A DNA stretch of 64,000 bases from Rhizodiscina lignyota (lineage: Eukaryota), in assembly GCA_010015805.1 (NCBI GenBank), contig ML978122.1, positions 1,150,453 to 1,214,452 of the forward strand. Direction: 5' to 3'. The notes under the pieces are model-generated. The model was not told the DNA's origin. It searched no databases and saw only the letters and a list, made by a program, of their open reading frames with translations. The translations under genes and the position numbers were made by a program. Positions 59,691 through 64,000 of this stretch are shown here, one piece after another; the stretch's first letter is position 1, and every line of letters starts with the position of its first letter.

Positions 59691-61734
59691 TTATAGCCTG
59701 CTCTTCCCCGAAACAATTTCTGCCCATTCGTTTACTCCAAGCGGGACATACTCGTTCCCCCTGAGCACATATAACCGATCACCATTACTAACTTTAGTGG
59801 GATCCACACCCTCCTTTCGCAGCGTTACTTTGTCCTGCTTGTGACTGTTGTTGAGGCTGGCATTCTCGACCAACCTTACAAATGTCGGAACCGCATATTG
59901 AGGTAGCCCCTTCCTTGCGTGTCTGTAGTTTCGTACATGAGCCAACATTCTATTAATTGTTGCGTTTCAACTTACCTCAATAGATTTTGCAGGTCAAATG
60001 AGGCCCTCGCAGAGTCTTCCAGAAGTATCGCAGCGCATCCGGCCCTCCCTTCATAACCTGGTACCTCGACGCCATATACATTCGCGTCGATAACTCCTTC
60101 CATGGTCCCAAGACAAGCACCAACCTCGGCTGTGCTCACATTCTCGCTCTTCCATCGAAAGGTATCGCCGAGCCTGTCATTAAAGAACCATCGGCCCTCC
60201 TCATCCCTCCTGAGCGAGTCTCCACATCGGTAATATAGGTCTCCTTTGTGAAAGACATCGCGTTCAAACTTGGAATCTGTGGCTTTGGGGTTTTTGTAGT
60301 ACCCTATGAAAGCAGACTTGTTTGGCACTGGGACAATAATCTCACCACCGATAGAATGCGGCATGCGGCGAGCAAATCCTGTTTTTGGATCACGGAATAT
60401 TTCGCCTGTTGTGCCATCTATCTCGACAGGAATGAACCGCCGGTCATTGTACCACTTCATCAATAGTCCATCGTGCCCGATTGCGTTACGGATGTAGTCG
60501 CCTTGGTGAAGAATAAGGTTAGTTTTGATATCTCCAGCGCCTCATAAAATTGAGGGAAGAAAAGTTGGCTAACCTCTGCAGACATTGAAGAATGTCACCA
60601 TGCCCTCCGTACTTCCGAAGAACTCTGCAACCGTTTCGATCCCAAATCGTTCCTGAAACCTCTTCCAAACGTCCGGTCTCAGTCCATTCCCGTATATTAG
60701 CCTTACGCAGTGCTGGCGGTCCAAAGGCGACGGAGGAGCAGCAAGCAGGTACCTACAGATCTCGCCTACATAAACAAACATTGTCGCTTTGCTCGCACGA
60801 ATGTCATTCCAGAAGTTGCTCACGGAGAACCTGCGTCCGATGCATAGCGTCACGCCCATGAGGAGACTGCCCATACTCACACTACCGGCTGTAGCGTGGC
60901 ATAACGGGACGCAGGCGTACCATCTGTCTGCATTTTTTGCGGGCAGCTTCCGTACGCCCAGGTCCGCGAACTTGCCAAATGTGATCTGGTAAGGTCTCGT
61001 AATGGGTGTCCGGACTGCCTTTGGTAGTCCAGTCGTCCCAGAAGTGTATCGTAGCGCGAGCGTAGTGGTCGCGTTGACCTGGTTCTGGAACTCCCTCGGC
61101 GGTTCCTGTGAAGGGAGCGCAGCAATCTCGGCTTTCAAGACATCGTCGAGAATGATGGGTTCGGCGCCATCCAATGAGGATTCGACTTCAGCAATGCGCT
61201 CGCGCTGCTCCATATCGCTGTCTACAAGGATGAACTTGGCTTCTGCGACTCTCACGCAATGCACCAAAGCATCACCACGAAGATGGAAGTTGAGCATAGC
61301 CGGGGCGGCGGCGATAGACGCCAGGGCGAGCCATGCGAAAATGAACTCGGCACAGTTGTTCAAGTAGAATGCAACGATGTCGCCTGGCCGAACGCCCTTC
61401 GAGATAAAGAAGGCGGCATACCGGTGGATATTTGCAAGCGTCTGGGCCCAAGTAAAAGTGGCAGTAGGCGTCCATAGGCAGTCTGCATCTGGGAAAGTCT
61501 CCGCATTGGATCGAAAGGTGCCGTAGAGATTAACTTTGTTTTGCTTTTCTGCGTAGGAGTTTAGCATAGGCAGAGGATTACGTGGGACATGGCACATGAC
61601 GAACTCAGCTTCTCAAGGTGGACTCGGCCGCGTCGGATGCTGTACAGCTCTTTGAGGTCCTTTTCGATGTGGAACTTGGCGTTTAGATAGGCAGATGCCG
61701 CGGTGGCCCCTGCAATTGCAGCGACGGCAGCCAT
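59691..61734 (-). CDS. Fatty-acid transport protein / very-long-chain acyl-CoA synthetase (Fat1/CefD1-like), peroxisomal
   Basis: YTSGTTGLPK AMP-binding motif, YVGEICRYL, DRLGDTFRWKSENVST FATP signature, C-terminal SRL PTS1. Confidence 0.94.
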
Positions 61735-62589
61735 GATGATGGCATATAGGATCTCTTGGCAAGTCTTGTTTAACGCTTCTAGATCTTGCTTGCGTTGTAA
61801 ATCGCGCGCACTCTCATCTGGGCATCAATTGCCTTCGGAACAGAGTCATATAATGATTCGAGCTTGAGTTTACCTGCCTGTCTATGGGCCTCGGTACCGA
61901 CCCGGCCGCGGCGTGGTCTGCTCCGCCTACGAAGATGGAGGAGAAGCTTTGCGTCTCTCTCGTTGGTGGATCCAACATTTCCTATGACTCGCAAGCGGTA
62001 ACGGCTTGGCCCTACACAGAAGCTTAGCCAAACTCTTCTCTCGCCTCCCTTTAAGTTGCGTATCTAATACGCCAGACCGAGTTGTCAGCCGTTACCGCGC
62101 GGGAACTGTTGGGTGCGGGCAGATGCTCTTTGTGGCAGCATCCCAGTTCCCAGGTTCCTCGCTCATATATCCCCTTAATTTAGGCGCATTACAGTATCTC
62201 GATGCTCGCTCATGTAAGGCTTATTGCCGCGCCATTCGCCTGCATGACGAGGTTGGAGACCCAACCTCGCTATGCTCGCGATCTGCACGACGACCCGCTC
62301 CGATCCTTAGATCCGTCGTCCCGCTTCCCCAGGCGCACCCTCAATCGACAGTTGGGGTGTAGCATGCACCTCTCTGCGGTTGAATGTCTCCTTATCCATG
62401 CATTAAAATCTCTATTTGGCCTCACTATAGCTGGAAGAGTGATAGCACCGGCGCATCACCGCACTCGTGGGTACCACGTGGAGATATAGTCACGCAATGC
62501 CTGTTTCGTGCCTCTCCTTGTTGTCTCTGAGCTTTCTTTCTCTCGCCATGTCGTCATAAATCTTTAATTTATCTGATCCAGCTCTAGCT

Positions 62590-63956
62590 ATGGCAGAAGC
62601 AGAAGACCAAGATGTTGGGAATATAATAGGGGAGAATTTAGAAGTCGATGCATGTTTCGCTACTACCCTGCGGATTGCTCTTCATCCAATGCTAATTGCG
62701 TTCATTATTCCAGTCTTTTGGAGACCATGATTCAGGTTTTGGAGACGACGATGTGCGCTCGTACGTGAAGAACGCTCATATCCGAATGAAACGTCACCCA
62801 TATCATTCATAGAATTAACTCCTCCACAACGTCCATAAGCGAGTCCCAATTCCATTACGAACATGGGAAACGGTACCATGCTTACTCCGAAGCGCGTAAG
62901 TACACACTGGAGACCTTGAAAATCTGTACCGGACTAACTTGAATGTAGACTACGCTCTTCCAAACAACGAAGTTGGGATACATGTCCTTTCTCTTTCAAC
63001 CAGTTTCTCTAACTGACGTGGATCACAGCAAGAAATAGATCGTTTGGAACTCCAACACCGAATATGGGACATTATGCTGGGCGGAAGACTCAATCTTGCC
63101 CCTCTTTCAAGGGATATAACGCATGCAATTGATATTGGATGTGGCACTGGCGGTCAGCTCAATCAGCTCTCACTCCGCTCCTTTGTGCAATCTTTGCATC
63201 TGCTCTGACTTGATGATAACAGCATGGGCCATTGAATTCGCAGATGCCAACCCAAACTGCGATGTCATCGGTGCCGACCTCTCTCCCATCCAACCCGATG
63301 TCGTTCCCCGTAACCTCACATTCCTTGTCGACGACGCTTCCGCTGAATGGACATACTCTACCCCATTTGATTACATACACACACGCGCCATTTCCTCTGG
63401 CATCAAAGATTGGCCTGCCTTTCTTGAACAATGCTTCCGCCATCTAAAACCAGGTGGCTGGGTTGAGCTGCAGGAATTCCACCTCCCGTTCACCTGTGAT
63501 GACAGCTCTACCACTCCAGACACCGCAGTCCGAACATGGAGCGCATCACTCACTTCAGCGATCGGTAAAGCGGGAATCGATGTCTCGGCCGAGAATTCAT
63601 ACAGCCATCCCAAACGGCTGAGGGACGTTGGGTTCATCAACGTGGAGATGATAAATGCGAAGTGGCCGATTGGACCTTGGGCCCGAGGTGAGAAGGAAAA
63701 GAGGATCGGAGCCTTGTTCTTGAAGGACCTCGAGGGGAATGTAGAGAACCTCAGCAAGAGAATCATGATGGGAATGATGGGCATGCCGGAAGACGAGTTT
63801 GCCAAGACGATGGAATTGGTGCTAAGGGACATCAGAAATAGTAGACATCACATGTACATGCCCGTGTAAGTGGTGTCGATTACCAGAAAACAGCACGCTT
63901 GCTTACTGCCTGGTAGAGATATTGTTTGGGCGCAGAAACCGGTCGCTTCCACGTAG
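62590..63956 (+). CDS. SAM-dependent methyltransferase (LaeA-like/Methyltransf_23 family)
   Basis: Spliced HGKRYHAY, LPNNEQEIDRLELQH, DIGCGTG.WA, DLSPIQP, LKPGGWVELQE, WPIGPW, VWAQKP; six introns, the first GC-AG (62650-62713). Confidence 0.93.
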
Positions 63957-64000
63957 CATACAATAAGAGTGTGGTCCATGACACAGGACAGCGGTCAAGT

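Overview
Eukaryotic DNA from a filamentous ascomycete (Pezizomycotina; many short spliceosomal introns with CTRAY branch points). No rRNA, tRNA, CRISPR or intact transposase was recognised. About 27 intact protein-coding genes can be supported. They include Edc3 (3' part), an alpha/beta hydrolase, a DUF3431 protein, two amino-acid permeases, two cytochrome P450s, a TRI12-type and a DHA2-type MFS transporter, a SLATT 2TM-effector protein, two SDRs and an AtuA/DUF1446 protein. Also present are an Asp-box sialidase-like protein, a PQ-loop transporter, a dual-specificity phosphatase, an aromatic amino-acid decarboxylase, an Obg-like GTPase, a Fat1-like acyl-CoA synthetase with PTS1 and a SAM methyltransferase. 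The most unusual part is ~54.9-57.9 kb. There a TpA-rich (RIP-like) stop-riddled frame lies divergent to an intronless GC-rich orphan gene (signal/TM + 7 Pro-rich repeats + Cys clusters). A perfect 14-bp inverted repeat sits between them, and two RNA hairpins with an identical core and compensating outer stems follow the orphan gene. Other oddities: a frameshifted dienelactone hydrolase, an in-frame TGA splitting a secreted Thr-rich/Cys-rich protein, a duplicated promoter module, a degenerate ~167-bp tandem repeat, two paralogous coding relics flanking a two-gene block, GC-AG introns and a 10-nt micro-exon. Family assignments come from recognising motifs by eye, not from database searches.
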